Part shown: positions 50,097 through 60,120 of the stretch, piece by piece
How the letters are laid out: every line of letters begins with the position of its first letter
How positions within the stretch are numbered: position 1 is the stretch's first letter
The notes under the pieces: model-generated
Told to the model about the DNA's origin: nothing
Seen by the model: only the letters and a program-made list of their open reading frames with translations
Database searches by the model: none
Made by a program: the position numbers and the translations under genes
NCBI GenBank assembly: GCA_027451365.1
Contig: DAIDJN010000040.1
Location: 32,001 to 96,000, forward strand
DNA from: Phycisphaerales bacterium
GTDB taxonomy: Bacteria; Planctomycetota; Phycisphaerae; WQYP01
DNA length: 64,000 nucleotides
Direction of reading: 5' to 3'

Positions 50097-51224
50097 TCAT
50101 GAGTCATTGATGCCGGCCATGTCCAACGCTTCGCCAGCCATATCCAGGGCGGCGTCAATACCCATTTCCGATTGGGCCAGGATGGCCAGCGCCAGCTTGC
50201 CGACGCATTGCCGGATGCAGGGATCGGTCAGGTACTCCACTGGCGACTTGCCCTCCAGGCGCGCCAGCATCAGTGATCCAAGAATTGTTCCGCCGGCCTG
50301 CGTGGACGGCCCGTGGATGGCCGCGGGCGTGTGCGCTACGTAATGGTTCCAGAAGCGGTCTGCCGCGATCATAAATGGCCGCCACTTTTTGCCGCTCAAA
50401 AACGCCTTAAGCAGCAGATGATTGATAAATGTCGCTGTGTCGAAGGCGGGGTTGCCATGAAAGGCCACCTCAAAATCCAGCAGCATCAGCGGCGCGGCGC
50501 CCGGGTCGGAATCGGCTGGCGGAATCAGCAGCATGTTTTTTGGGGAATAATCGCCGTGAATCAGGCAAGTCGGCCGACTTGTCAGCAATTCAATTACCCG
50601 GTGAATCGCCGGTTGTGCGTCGGCGTGCGTTGGCAACAGGTGCCGTAGATAAGGGTCTATTCGCTGCTGGTCAAACAGCCGCCGGTCGGCAAAGCGGGCC
50701 AGCAGGGCCGGTTGGCCGGCGCTTTTTGTGTGAATTTGGGCTAGAAGTTCGGCCGCCGCCGTCGCCGCTCGCGGATCAATTCGTGCCGCCAGTAACTCTG
50801 TTTTAAAATTCAATGAACCAGCTGGCGCGGCGGAAATGGCCAGAACGCAATTCGCCGGGTCGTCCCAAAGCACCTTGGGGACACTGCCCGCAGGCAACAG
50901 GGGGGCCAAGCCATTAAGTGCATCTCTTTCAGCCCATATACGGTCCAGGTCCACGCGCCATTCGGCGGCGGTGGCAAAAAATTCCAGCGGCTGTTTGATC
51001 ACAAAACAGTTTCCCTGCCGCATGCGCGAATCGGGAAAACCACGTTTCTTTTGACTCTCGCTGCGCATGTCCGTGCCGATCGGATCCCCTGCGCCCATGT
51101 CCATCAGCATCAATACGGTATTGGCCACGCCACCGGATAGATTTTTAGCCAGCACCTGGGCGCTGCTTACAGCGTTCCGCTGGCGAAGGTAGGCCGTCAC
51201 ATTGTCCACATTGAGTTTCTGCAC
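50097..51224 (-). CDS. Aminoglycoside phosphotransferase / methylthioribose kinase-like kinase
   Basis: LSGGVAN, VIKQ, HGDYSPKNML, LLDFE...G.PAFD, KSPVEY. Confidence 0.8.
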   Translation of the reverse strand: MQKLNVDNVTAYLRQRNAVSSAQVLAKNLSGGVANTVLMLMDMGAGDPIGTDMRSESQKKRGFPDSRMRQGNCFVIKQPLEFFATAAEWRVDLDRIWAERDALNGLAPLLPAGSVPKVLWDDPANCVLAISAAPAGSLNFKTELLAARIDPRAATAAAELLAQIHTKSAGQPALLARFADRRLFDQQRIDPYLRHLLPTHADAQPAIHRVIELLTSRPTCLIHGDYSPKNMLLIPPADSDPGAAPLMLLDFEVAFHGNPAFDTATFINHLLLKAFLSGKKWRPFMIAADRFWNHYVAHTPAAIHGPSTQAGGTILGSLMLARLEGKSPVEYLTDPCIRQCVGKLALAILAQSEMGIDAALDMAGEALDMAGINDS

Positions 51225-51293
51225 GCATTCCCTTCGTTCAATTGGCCCATACTGTCCAGAATTTTTTTGCCCATCAGTCGGTCAGTGCGGTAA

Positions 51294-51689
51294 CTACCGG
51301 GGCCTGCCAGCCGCACCGGGTAACTGGCGGACTTTTACCCGACCAGCGGTAAGCGTATAAAGCCGTCGTGGGCTTAATCGCGGGTATCGGACAAAAAGGC
51401 GGTCAATCGCCTCGGCGGGGGCCTCGGCTACGTTTGCCACAAGCAGAACAATGGTACGATTAAAATTTATTTTTTCATCATAAACGCGATGAATCAGGTC
51501 TGCGTCATTCGTGATCAGTTCCCATTGGTTTTTCGCCAAAAGGGCGAAAAACTCCGCCCGGCCCTGGGCATCCGCTGTGTCGGGCAATGGCGAATCGTCT
51601 GGATCTGGCCCCACGGCCCGGTGCGAATGACGACCCAGGGCTGCGGAACCTGGTTTAATGGCGATGTTGCCATGGAATAAAAACTGCAT
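51294..51689 (-). CDS. Hypothetical protein, weak PIN-like (DUF5615) resemblance
   Basis: MQFLFHGNI..., A......LITNDADL, IVLL pattern. Confidence 0.5.
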   Translation of the reverse strand: MQFLFHGNIAIKPGSAALGRHSHRAVGPDPDDSPLPDTADAQGRAEFFALLAKNQWELITNDADLIHRVYDEKINFNRTIVLLVANVAEAPAEAIDRLFVRYPRLSPRRLYTLTAGRVKVRQLPGAAGRPR

Positions 51690-51831
51690 GGTGTGCCCTT
51701 TGGCTGTCAGGCGCCCGGCGGGCGCGGCGGATGAATTTACTTTGCTCCGCGGCTCAATTCAACCGGTTTGGAATCGAAGGCCGGGGCGGCATGATGCCCC
51801 AAGCGGGCAACCTGTCAGGCGGATGATTGTC

Positions 51832-52707
51832 CTATGGATTGTGTACAGCGGCAAGCGCTGCCAGCGCGCACGCCGCCAGCGAAACGTCATGCACCCGATG
51901 AATGCGCACGCCGCGCTGCGCCGTGAGCAGTGTCGTCAGCGCTGTCACGGTGTCACGTGCCGACCAGCCGGAAGCCGGAATTTCCGTCAACGTGGCATTC
52001 GGCGGCAGCAGCCCGGCCAGGAAGCGCTTGCGCGAAACACCAATAAGCACCGGGAATCGCCGGGCCACCAGGCGGTCAATTCCCGCCAGCAGTTTCCAGT
52101 TGTCCGCGTCGGTTTTTCCAAACCCGATTCCCGGATCCAGAATAATCCGATCCGCCCGGATGCCGGCATCCATCGCCGCATGCGCCCGTTGGACCAGGTA
52201 GTCAAAAACGTGCGTGCAGATGTCCGGATGCCCGCGCGCCGGCTGATCGGGTGTTTCCGGTGCCATGTGCATCAGCACTATCGGACTGCCGAATTCAGCG
52301 GCTACGTCGAGTATGTCCGGGTCAAATTCCCCGGCTGAAATATCGTTGACCATGTCCGCGCCCGCCTGCAACGCGGCCCTCGCCACATGGCTCAGGCGGG
52401 TGTCCACACTTATCGCCGGCCGACGCTGTGGACCGGCACCATAAATTCCCTCAATCACCGGCAGAATTCTGTGCAGTTGCCGGGCGGCATCCACCGGTTC
52501 GATACCGCGCCGGTGGAAGCTGCTGGCCTCTCCGCCAATGTCCACAATCGCCGCCCCCTTGGTGTACAGGCCCATCGCCTCGGCGATGGCTCCGCTGTGG
52601 TCAATTTCCTGATCGCGGCCGAAACGCCCGCCATCGCTGAAACTGTCCGGGGTGACATTCAGCACGCCCATAATCAATGGGCGATCCGAATTCAAAAGTT
52701 GAGACAT
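51832..52707 (-). CDS. folP: Dihydropteroate synthase
   Basis: MGVLNVTPDSFSDGG, DIGGE, ISVDT, NDIS, DPGIGFGK, GVSRKRF, RVHDV. Confidence 0.97.
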   Translation of the reverse strand: MSQLLNSDRPLIMGVLNVTPDSFSDGGRFGRDQEIDHSGAIAEAMGLYTKGAAIVDIGGEASSFHRRGIEPVDAARQLHRILPVIEGIYGAGPQRRPAISVDTRLSHVARAALQAGADMVNDISAGEFDPDILDVAAEFGSPIVLMHMAPETPDQPARGHPDICTHVFDYLVQRAHAAMDAGIRADRIILDPGIGFGKTDADNWKLLAGIDRLVARRFPVLIGVSRKRFLAGLLPPNATLTEIPASGWSARDTVTALTTLLTAQRGVRIHRVHDVSLAACALAALAAVHNP

Positions 52708-52755
52708 TGTTGTATCAACGTGTGTAAATATCATATATACCTCCGCCGGATGGCA

Positions 52756-53062
52756 TTATAGCCAGACCTGCCGGTGAATAACAGCGGAGCAGGTTGTTGT
52801 ATCGTGTCGTGGCCCGCCGGGCGGCGGGGCTTGCAGACGCCGCCCCGCGCGTTTCTCGAATGTGCCCATGGGGCTGTCGCCCGCCAGCGGTGTGTCGGTT
52901 TTTGCGGCACGGCGATCATAACGATGGAAAAGGACGGCCCGACGGTTATTTCTATGCCGGGTAATGCGATGCGGTACATTGGGGAGGACAATGCGAGCGG
53001 TTCGAGGCATGAAAAATCATATGCCATCATGTGGGGCGGGCAAAAAAAGGGTGAACGTCACC
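52756..53062 (-). mobile_element. Internally deleted REP-associated/IS200-like Y1 tyrosine transposase remnant
   Basis: ORF 53010-52756: MPRTARIVLPNVPHRITRHRNNRRAVLF (RAYT-type N-terminus) fused to PLAGDS...FEKRAGRRLQ..PPG.P (C-terminus). HUH/Tyr core missing. Palindrome GGTGAacgTCACC at 53050-53062. Confidence 0.65.
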
Positions 53063-53220
53063 AGATTAAATTGCGCGGATATTTGCCCGCTTCATCGGAA
53101 ACTTAGACCTGTGGCATCATGTGTCACGCACCCCATGACTGCCAAACCGCCATATCCGGGTTGACAAGTCCGCCCAACTGGGCAAGATAGTCAAAGGATT
53201 ATTGTGCCGGAGTAATATAA

Positions 53221-54186
53221 ATGGCGGGTTATAAGGTTGGAATTGCCGTGGTACTCATACTGCTGGCGGTTGTGGTGGGCATTGCTGTATATGCCTTGTG
53301 GCCGGGCGGCCTGGGGCAGGCTTCATCCCATGCCATGCGCAGAGGGTTCCTTCAGGCGATCCGTGTGCATCAGTCCATGGGGGCTTTGGCCCCGGCCACC
53401 ACTGGAACCGGCGCCGGGCATTTATATATGAAGGCGTATAGAAAGCTTGTGGCCCTTGCGCCTGACGCCGATGCCCTGGACAACGCCCGCCACAACACCG
53501 CCCCGGAAAAAGACCCGCAATTAATGAAAATTCTCTCACTCCTGGAACAGGCGGCCACGCGATCTATGGGCCGCAAGCATCTGGTGTTTGGTTCCAGTTT
53601 GCCGATTCCCGCCGTGGATGACCCGGTCGCGGATCGGATTTCCGCACTCGGCGATATCTGTTCGACCGCCGGGGCCGGACTGATGGTGGATGGCAAGCCG
53701 CACGCGGCGGAAAAAGCCCTGCAAGCCTGCGCACTGTTTGGTCAGCGGGTGTGGCGACGGGGACTGCTGGTTTCCGTCCGCGGCAATGCTTTGGGTGCGA
53801 TGGAGTTTGGCGTGCAGGGACTCGAACAGATGTACAAACAAAACGGACCGCTTGCCAATCCGGAAAAATACAGTCTGTGCAAAAAATTGCGCCGGGCGAT
53901 TGCCGTGGCCACAAAAAAATGGTTTGCAAAACTTGGATTCGTCTGCGTGACCGATCCGCGCGCCGCGGATATGGTATACATTGTCAAACATGACAAGGAT
54001 TTATCCTGGCGGATTGCAGCCATCATGGAACTTGGCGTTGCCCGCTGGGCCACAGACTATTCCCCGCGTGCCGATGCCATTAAACACTATTTGAATCAGC
54101 GGACCTTAAGCCAGAATAAATGGATCCGCCGTGCCGCCAAACGCGCGGCCGGAATAACGCTCCAGGATATTCGCATGGCCAGTTAA
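53221..54186 (+). CDS. Hypothetical membrane-anchored alpha-helical protein
   Basis: GGAG RBS, N-terminal TM, 321 aa Ala/Leu-rich ORF. Confidence 0.7.
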   Translation: MAGYKVGIAVVLILLAVVVGIAVYALWPGGLGQASSHAMRRGFLQAIRVHQSMGALAPATTGTGAGHLYMKAYRKLVALAPDADALDNARHNTAPEKDPQLMKILSLLEQAATRSMGRKHLVFGSSLPIPAVDDPVADRISALGDICSTAGAGLMVDGKPHAAEKALQACALFGQRVWRRGLLVSVRGNALGAMEFGVQGLEQMYKQNGPLANPEKYSLCKKLRRAIAVATKKWFAKLGFVCVTDPRAADMVYIVKHDKDLSWRIAAIMELGVARWATDYSPRADAIKHYLNQRTLSQNKWIRRAAKRAAGITLQDIRMAS

Positions 54187-54826
54187 CCCACGGCAGGCGT
54201 TTTTCGCCCGCCAATCACATGCGCCACATGGCCACCGACTTGTCGGCGGTTAATTTCATTCAAATATACAGACGGTGCCGTGTCTCTTTAAGGGTAGCCA
54301 TATGACCCCTCAACCAAATTGACTCTCTATGATAACGCAACCATACGTTTCGTCCGGGGGCTATTTCAATCCTGATCTGTAAGCGTGCCCGATCGCGGAG
54401 TGGGAATAACCGCGCCCGGCATCAAAATGAAGCAAATCGCCGCTTTCATCTGTTCAGTTTTTCAACGCTAGAAAACTATCTGCTCTGGCCGCGACCGGCG
54501 CCGGGGTGACTGCTTTGTGGTAAGCAAGGTTGTCAAGCGTGCGTACACATTTTCATTTTTGCGGGCCGCGGCCCCAGGCCAGAAAAGTTGACCAGGCGAC
54601 ACGCGATCAGGTGGGCACCGGAAGAAGCTGGAAATTGTCGGGCAATATGCCAAATTGCCAGGGATGGGGTGACGATTTTAACCGCAAAGGGCAATAAGTA
54701 CCCAGGCTTTCTTAATCGCCAAGCCGCGCCGCTCCACGGATTCCGCGACGGACGCTTTTCAGGTGACACACGGCAGGCTATCATTCGCGTGCTTGGACTA
54801 ATGGGACTCAAAATTGGGACGGTGCT

Positions 54827-57800
54827 TTGGCCAGTCAGAAACACAATAAAATTTCCAGGTTCAAACCGCCTGCCCGTGTTGGCGCAAGACGGTTTTGCCC
54901 CAGACGATGTTCGGCGCGTGTCGCCATGCTGGCTCTTTCCGTGGCCGGCATTGCCGCCGTCGGCGGCGCGGCAACGGCGCAGTTCGTGCCAAGTCCTATT
55001 CAGCCGACTGTATTTCCGGTGCTTCAACCGGGTAGCGCGGTGAATATTCCGATGGTCGCCCAGGCGGGCGGTACGGATGTATGGGTATCCGCGGATGGCG
55101 TGCAGCATATATTGTTGACCGGGCAGGTGCTGGTGAGTGTCGGGTATCGAACCTTGCGCGCGGACAATGCGGCGGTCTGGCTGACGCCGATCGCCTTTGG
55201 TGGTTCCAGCATTTACAAAGCCGAGATATATCTGGCTGGCCACGTCAGCATCAGCGAAGGCCGCAAGGGCAACGCGGTCAGCCGTGGCACTGAAATGCTG
55301 GTGACCACGGAAATTTCCGGCGGCGTGCGATTGGGCGCTACCAACCCGGTTGCCGCGAAGGAAAGCGGATCGCCAATTGTACTTCGCGGGGAAAAATTAA
55401 TTCGTGAGCTTTCGGCCCGCCCGGTGGCTTTGAACTATATTCCGACCGTGCAGATTCAACCCACGGAGACCGCGCTTGGGCTGGGATGGATCGCTCGTGG
55501 CTCGCGGAATCAGGTTTCACCACTGATAACCAGCTCGCAGCAGGCGATGAAGAGCACCGCGCATGGCGGAGCTATGCAAAAGCCGGCGCTGGTTTTTGCG
55601 ACGGGTGATAAAATTACCGTTTCCGTTGAAGGCACGCAGCGCGTGACCACCGCGGAAGGAGAATTTATTCTGGTGCGACAGGTTCCCGGACAGGCCGCAC
55701 TGGAACTTCGCGCCAACGATGCCGTGCTGTTCAGTCCAGCCGGGTCGGGCCATCACGTGCGGCCAGTGGGGCCGCGCAATGGCATTACGGAAAAAGTGCA
55801 GGGAGTTTATCTGGATGGCGATGTCACCATAACCCAGGGGAATCAGACAGTTCACGCCAGCCAAGTCTATTATGACTTTACCACCAACCGGGCCATCATG
55901 CTTGACGCGGTGTTAAGCACCTACGATGTCGCGCATCATTCGCCCCTGTATATGCGTGCCACAAAGATTTTGCAGTTGGCCAAGGGAAGTTTCGCCGCCA
56001 AATCGGTCAAGCTTTCCACGGACGATTTTTACGTCCCGCATTATTACATTGGCGCCGGTTCCATGACCGTGCAGTCCATATCCGGGCCTGTGGTGACGCA
56101 GCCCAATGCACATGGCGGCGCGATATATGCGTATACGGGCAAGGATATTACCGGTAATTTCATGGGATTGCCTTTTTTCTACTGGCCCGAAATATCCGGA
56201 ACCACCGCCCAGCCCACCACGCCGCTGCGGTCCTTCGGCGTGGGCTATTCCAACACATTTGGTGCCTCCCTGACCACGGACTGGAATCTGCTGGAACTGC
56301 TCGGTCAGAATCCGATTCCAGGATTTGATATGGGGTTGAATCTGGATGAATATTCCAATCGCGGGCCTGGCATTGGGATCAATTCGCATTTTCGGCTGCC
56401 GGACCAGCCCAACGCCCATGGCTCACTGCAAAGTTTCCTTATGTATGACGACGGGACCGACCAGCTAGGTGCCAATCGCGACAACCTGCCGCTGTCATCC
56501 CACGTTCGCGGCTTTGCCTCTGGCCGCTACCAGCAGGACCTTTCGCGGCAATGGACGCTGGCCGTGCAGGGGTCGTATATTTCCGATGAGAACTTCCTGG
56601 AGCAGTATTTTCAGAATGAATATGCCACCGCCCCCGAACAACAGACCTCCATTGATCTGCGGCAACAGCACGAAACCGAAGGCTTTACCATTATCGGAAA
56701 ATGGAATCTGAACCGCTTTGTGGCCAATGCGGACCTGGAAGACAATGAATTTTCCGTCCAGCGGTACCCCGAAGCCCATTATTGGCGGCAGGGCGACAAA
56801 CTCTTGGGAATCTTCACTTATTATTCCGATACCAGCGGCGGCGTCCTGAACGACAAATTCAGCTCTCTGACGCCGGCCCAGCGTGCGCTGACGCTGAATT
56901 TTCCCGGCATGAACCCGAATGAGAGTTTCAGCAACTACTATCTGGCCAATGGCTGGACGGACAACAGCGTGGCACGCGGTGACACCCGCCAGGAAATAGA
57001 CCTGCCACTGGGTGCCGGGCCGATTGAATTTACGCCCTTTGTCACCGGCCGCCTGACTTACTGGGACACCAGTTTTCCGGTCACCAACAACCAGACCGGT
57101 GGCAATACCACGCGGGCCTGGGGTGCGGGCGGGTTTCGTTCAACGGCGACATTCTGGAAGGTGTATCACGGGTTTAATTCCGATTTTCTGGATGTGCATT
57201 CTCTTCGCCATATTATTCAGCCGGAAGTCAGTCTGTTTGCGTCCGGCTCCAATGTGCAGCGCGGCTATCTTCAGCCGTTTGACCGGAACGTGGAAGGCAT
57301 TACCGACGCCAGCGGCGCCGAATTTGCTTTGCGGCAGATTCTTCAAACCAAGCGTGGCCGACCCGGCGAGCGGCAAATCGTCGACTGGATCACCCTGAAT
57401 GTATCGGCGGATATGTTCTGGAATGTACCGACCACCGGTCCATTCAACGCGGCCAATCCAATGTATGCCGGCGCGCCATTTTCCACCAGCGATTTCGGCC
57501 AGCCAACGATCGGTTATTACGACTTCAGCCGTCCGGAGCTAAGCCAGGTGGCCGACAGTTTAAACGCCAATGCAACCTGGCGGGCCGGTGCCAATGTGCG
57601 GGTTCTGGCGGATGAAAGTTATAATCTGGACGTCAATCAGTTGGAAGAATTTGATACCGGCGTGGTGATTGACCAGTCGCCGGACATATCCTATTTTCTG
57701 GGAAACAGCTATATCCGGGCATTGGAAACCGATCAGTGGACGGCTTCGATGGATTACCGGCTGACCGAGAAATATTCGTTCGCAGTGACGCAAAGTTACG

Positions 57801-57991
57801 ATTTTGCCATTGATCATAATATTCTCTCGCAGTTGACGATCGTGCGGAAACTGCCGCGGTTTTATTCAGGCGTTACGCTTAGCTACAATGCCGACACACG
57901 TTCGGAGGCCGTGTTTTTCAGCATCTGGCCGGCCGGCTATCCGCAGTATGGCGTTACCAATACCTCCGCGCTTCAGGGGGCGCTCCCCTGA
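54827..57991 (+). CDS. lptD: LptD-like outer-membrane LPS-assembly protein
   Basis: Signal-like segment, OstA-like GVYLDGDVTITQG..VYYDF, GLPFFYWP, YISDENFLEQYF, LRHIIQPE, beta-barrel-type aromatic strands. Start uncertain. Confidence 0.75.
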   Translation: MASQKHNKISRFKPPARVGARRFCPRRCSARVAMLALSVAGIAAVGGAATAQFVPSPIQPTVFPVLQPGSAVNIPMVAQAGGTDVWVSADGVQHILLTGQVLVSVGYRTLRADNAAVWLTPIAFGGSSIYKAEIYLAGHVSISEGRKGNAVSRGTEMLVTTEISGGVRLGATNPVAAKESGSPIVLRGEKLIRELSARPVALNYIPTVQIQPTETALGLGWIARGSRNQVSPLITSSQQAMKSTAHGGAMQKPALVFATGDKITVSVEGTQRVTTAEGEFILVRQVPGQAALELRANDAVLFSPAGSGHHVRPVGPRNGITEKVQGVYLDGDVTITQGNQTVHASQVYYDFTTNRAIMLDAVLSTYDVAHHSPLYMRATKILQLAKGSFAAKSVKLSTDDFYVPHYYIGAGSMTVQSISGPVVTQPNAHGGAIYAYTGKDITGNFMGLPFFYWPEISGTTAQPTTPLRSFGVGYSNTFGASLTTDWNLLELLGQNPIPGFDMGLNLDEYSNRGPGIGINSHFRLPDQPNAHGSLQSFLMYDDGTDQLGANRDNLPLSSHVRGFASGRYQQDLSRQWTLAVQGSYISDENFLEQYFQNEYATAPEQQTSIDLRQQHETEGFTIIGKWNLNRFVANADLEDNEFSVQRYPEAHYWRQGDKLLGIFTYYSDTSGGVLNDKFSSLTPAQRALTLNFPGMNPNESFSNYYLANGWTDNSVARGDTRQEIDLPLGAGPIEFTPFVTGRLTYWDTSFPVTNNQTGGNTTRAWGAGGFRSTATFWKVYHGFNSDFLDVHSLRHIIQPEVSLFASGSNVQRGYLQPFDRNVEGITDASGAEFALRQILQTKRGRPGERQIVDWITLNVSADMFWNVPTTGPFNAANPMYAGAPFSTSDFGQPTIGYYDFSRPELSQVADSLNANATWRAGANVRVLADESYNLDVNQLEEFDTGVVIDQSPDISYFLGNSYIRALETDQWTASMDYRLTEKYSFAVTQSYDFAIDHNILSQLTIVRKLPRFYSGVTLSYNADTRSEAVFFSIWPAGYPQYGVTNTSALQGALP

Positions 57992-58224
57992 TGGCGACCC
58001 GCGATCGGCCAGTGCGCGGGGGATATCACAATGCCCAACTGGTTTACTGTTATTGCAGTTAAATATGGTGACATGTGTATGTATAAGGAATTTCACCTGT
58101 TCGCGAATGTCGCTGATTCTGCGGCTATTTGAAGTCAGACAAAATGCCATCTGCGCCGTTTAATACGGTGGCGTTGGAATAGCGACAAATAAAGCGACAA
58201 TCTCGCATCGCACGCGGAGAACAA

Positions 58225-59940
58225 TTGGCCGGACTATTTGATGACGATCCACCGCCCGCCCGCCCGGCGAAATCCGGTCGTCGACCGATGCGCAAAACTC
58301 CCATGGACGCGATACGGGGCGTCGGGCAACCGGATGCCAATCACGCAAAATCCGGACTTGGCAATCCAACCCAAACCGCCCCAAACCAATCGCCAACAGA
58401 GTTGGCCGCATCACTGCCTGTTGTGAAGCCCGGCGCAGTCATTCGACCGCCTCGATTGCGGCGGTCGGCAGCCGCGATTCTTGAATCCAAAACGGAATCT
58501 CAATCCGAAGCCCAGGCTGAATCAGCCCCAATATACAGCGTGGCGCAGGTGAACAGCCTGATTCAGCGGGCCATTGTCACCCATCTGCCGGCGGCCATTC
58601 TGGTGCAGGCGGAAATTTCCAATTTTTCAGTCTATGGAAAAGGGCACGCGTTTTTTAAGCTGAAAGATGCCAATGCAGAAATTTCCTGCATGATGTGGCG
58701 CGACACGCTGGAGCGCCTGCGTTTTAAGCCGCAGGATGGGTTGGCCGTACTGGCGGAAGGAACTGTCAAGCTTTATGAACCACAGGGGCGGATAAATTTC
58801 TATGTCAGTCGGTTGATCCCACGCGGGGCCGGGGAACTGGAACTGGCGTTTCGGCAGCTTTGTGAAAAGTTGCGCGGCGAAGGCTTGTTTGATCCGGCGC
58901 GGAAACGGCGTCTTCCGCTGCTGCCGCAACGCATCGTCATTGTCACAAGTCCCTCGGGAGACGTGATTCACGATGTGCTGACCACCGCCTGGCGGCGATT
59001 TCCTGGTCTGCAGGTCATGGTGTTTCCGGTCCGGGTGCAGGGGGCCGGGGCGGCCCGGCAGATCGCCGAGGCCATTGAACAGATCAATGCCCACGCGACT
59101 GAACTGGGAGTGGATCTGATTCTGCTGGTCCGCGGCGGTGGTTCGCTGGAAGATTTATGGGCTTTTAATGAGGAAATCGTTGCGCGGGCCATATCTGCCA
59201 GCGGACTGCCGATTGCCACCGGTGTCGGCCACGAACCAGATACCACAATTGCCGACCTTGTGGCGGACCTGCGCGGCCCGACTCCGACCGGTGTAACGGA
59301 ATTGACCATTCCGGATGTCCAGATTTTTTTGCGCCATTGCGGGACCTGCGCCGATACCATGCGCCACGCGCTGGCCAACGCTCTGCTTCATGGAGACAAG
59401 GACCTGCGCGTCGCCGCCGGGAATCTGGCAGGAAAATTTCAAGCGATTATCCATGGTCGTCAGCGGCGGATTGATGACAGGGCAACCCGGATTGCGTCCG
59501 TTGAACCGCGGCACGCCGTTGCCCAGGGCTGGCGCCGACTTGAAGATGCGCAGCGCAGGCTTCGCGCTGCACCCCAGCGGGATTTGCAGCGATCTGCTCA
59601 GCGGCTGGCCACAATGAAGGAAAGGCTGGAACGTCAATCGCCACGACTGTTGCTGGCCCAATGTTATACGCGGCTGTCGCCAGCCCGCCGACAACTTGCC
59701 GCAGGCATGGAACTTGCTCTAAGGGGCCGGCACGCCATATTGGAATCCGCAAGGCAGCGACTGGAACTAATTGGTCCGCAGGCGGTTCTCAAACGCGGCT
59801 TTTCGATTACGACCGATTCGGCCGGACGGGTTCTGTTTTCGGTCAAGCAGATTACGACGGGACAAAGTTTAACGACCCGACTTGCCGATGGCGAAATTCG
59901 AAGCGATAACGCCCGCTTGCATTCGGACACCGGTGCATGA
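58225..59940 (+). CDS. xseA: Exodeoxyribonuclease VII large subunit
   Basis: YSVAQVN, EISNF, GHAFFKLKD, RGGGSLEDLWAFNEE, GVGHEPD, TPT, VLKRGFS. TTG start after GGAG is uncertain. Confidence 0.95.
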   Translation: MAGLFDDDPPPARPAKSGRRPMRKTPMDAIRGVGQPDANHAKSGLGNPTQTAPNQSPTELAASLPVVKPGAVIRPPRLRRSAAAILESKTESQSEAQAESAPIYSVAQVNSLIQRAIVTHLPAAILVQAEISNFSVYGKGHAFFKLKDANAEISCMMWRDTLERLRFKPQDGLAVLAEGTVKLYEPQGRINFYVSRLIPRGAGELELAFRQLCEKLRGEGLFDPARKRRLPLLPQRIVIVTSPSGDVIHDVLTTAWRRFPGLQVMVFPVRVQGAGAARQIAEAIEQINAHATELGVDLILLVRGGGSLEDLWAFNEEIVARAISASGLPIATGVGHEPDTTIADLVADLRGPTPTGVTELTIPDVQIFLRHCGTCADTMRHALANALLHGDKDLRVAAGNLAGKFQAIIHGRQRRIDDRATRIASVEPRHAVAQGWRRLEDAQRRLRAAPQRDLQRSAQRLATMKERLERQSPRLLLAQCYTRLSPARRQLAAGMELALRGRHAILESARQRLELIGPQAVLKRGFSITTDSAGRVLFSVKQITTGQSLTTRLADGEIRSDNARLHSDTGA

Positions 59941-60120
59941 ATTGTAAATCGCCACGTTGACGGACAGTTGTTGTCCGATGCAGCTACGCTCCGGGCTGCG
60001 GACGAAGGCCCGTTTCCCGTTATAACCATGAAAAGGATTCGCAAGTCCCTCGCTTTTCTGGGTGCGTTTTGCCCGTCGTTTCCAGCGAACCGGCGGGCCG
60101 GCCGCTTATTCGCGGAGCAA

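Noticed and set aside
54187..54826. ORFs in the spacer upstream of lptD
   Set aside because: No motifs or RBS support. Treated as promoter/intergenic DNA
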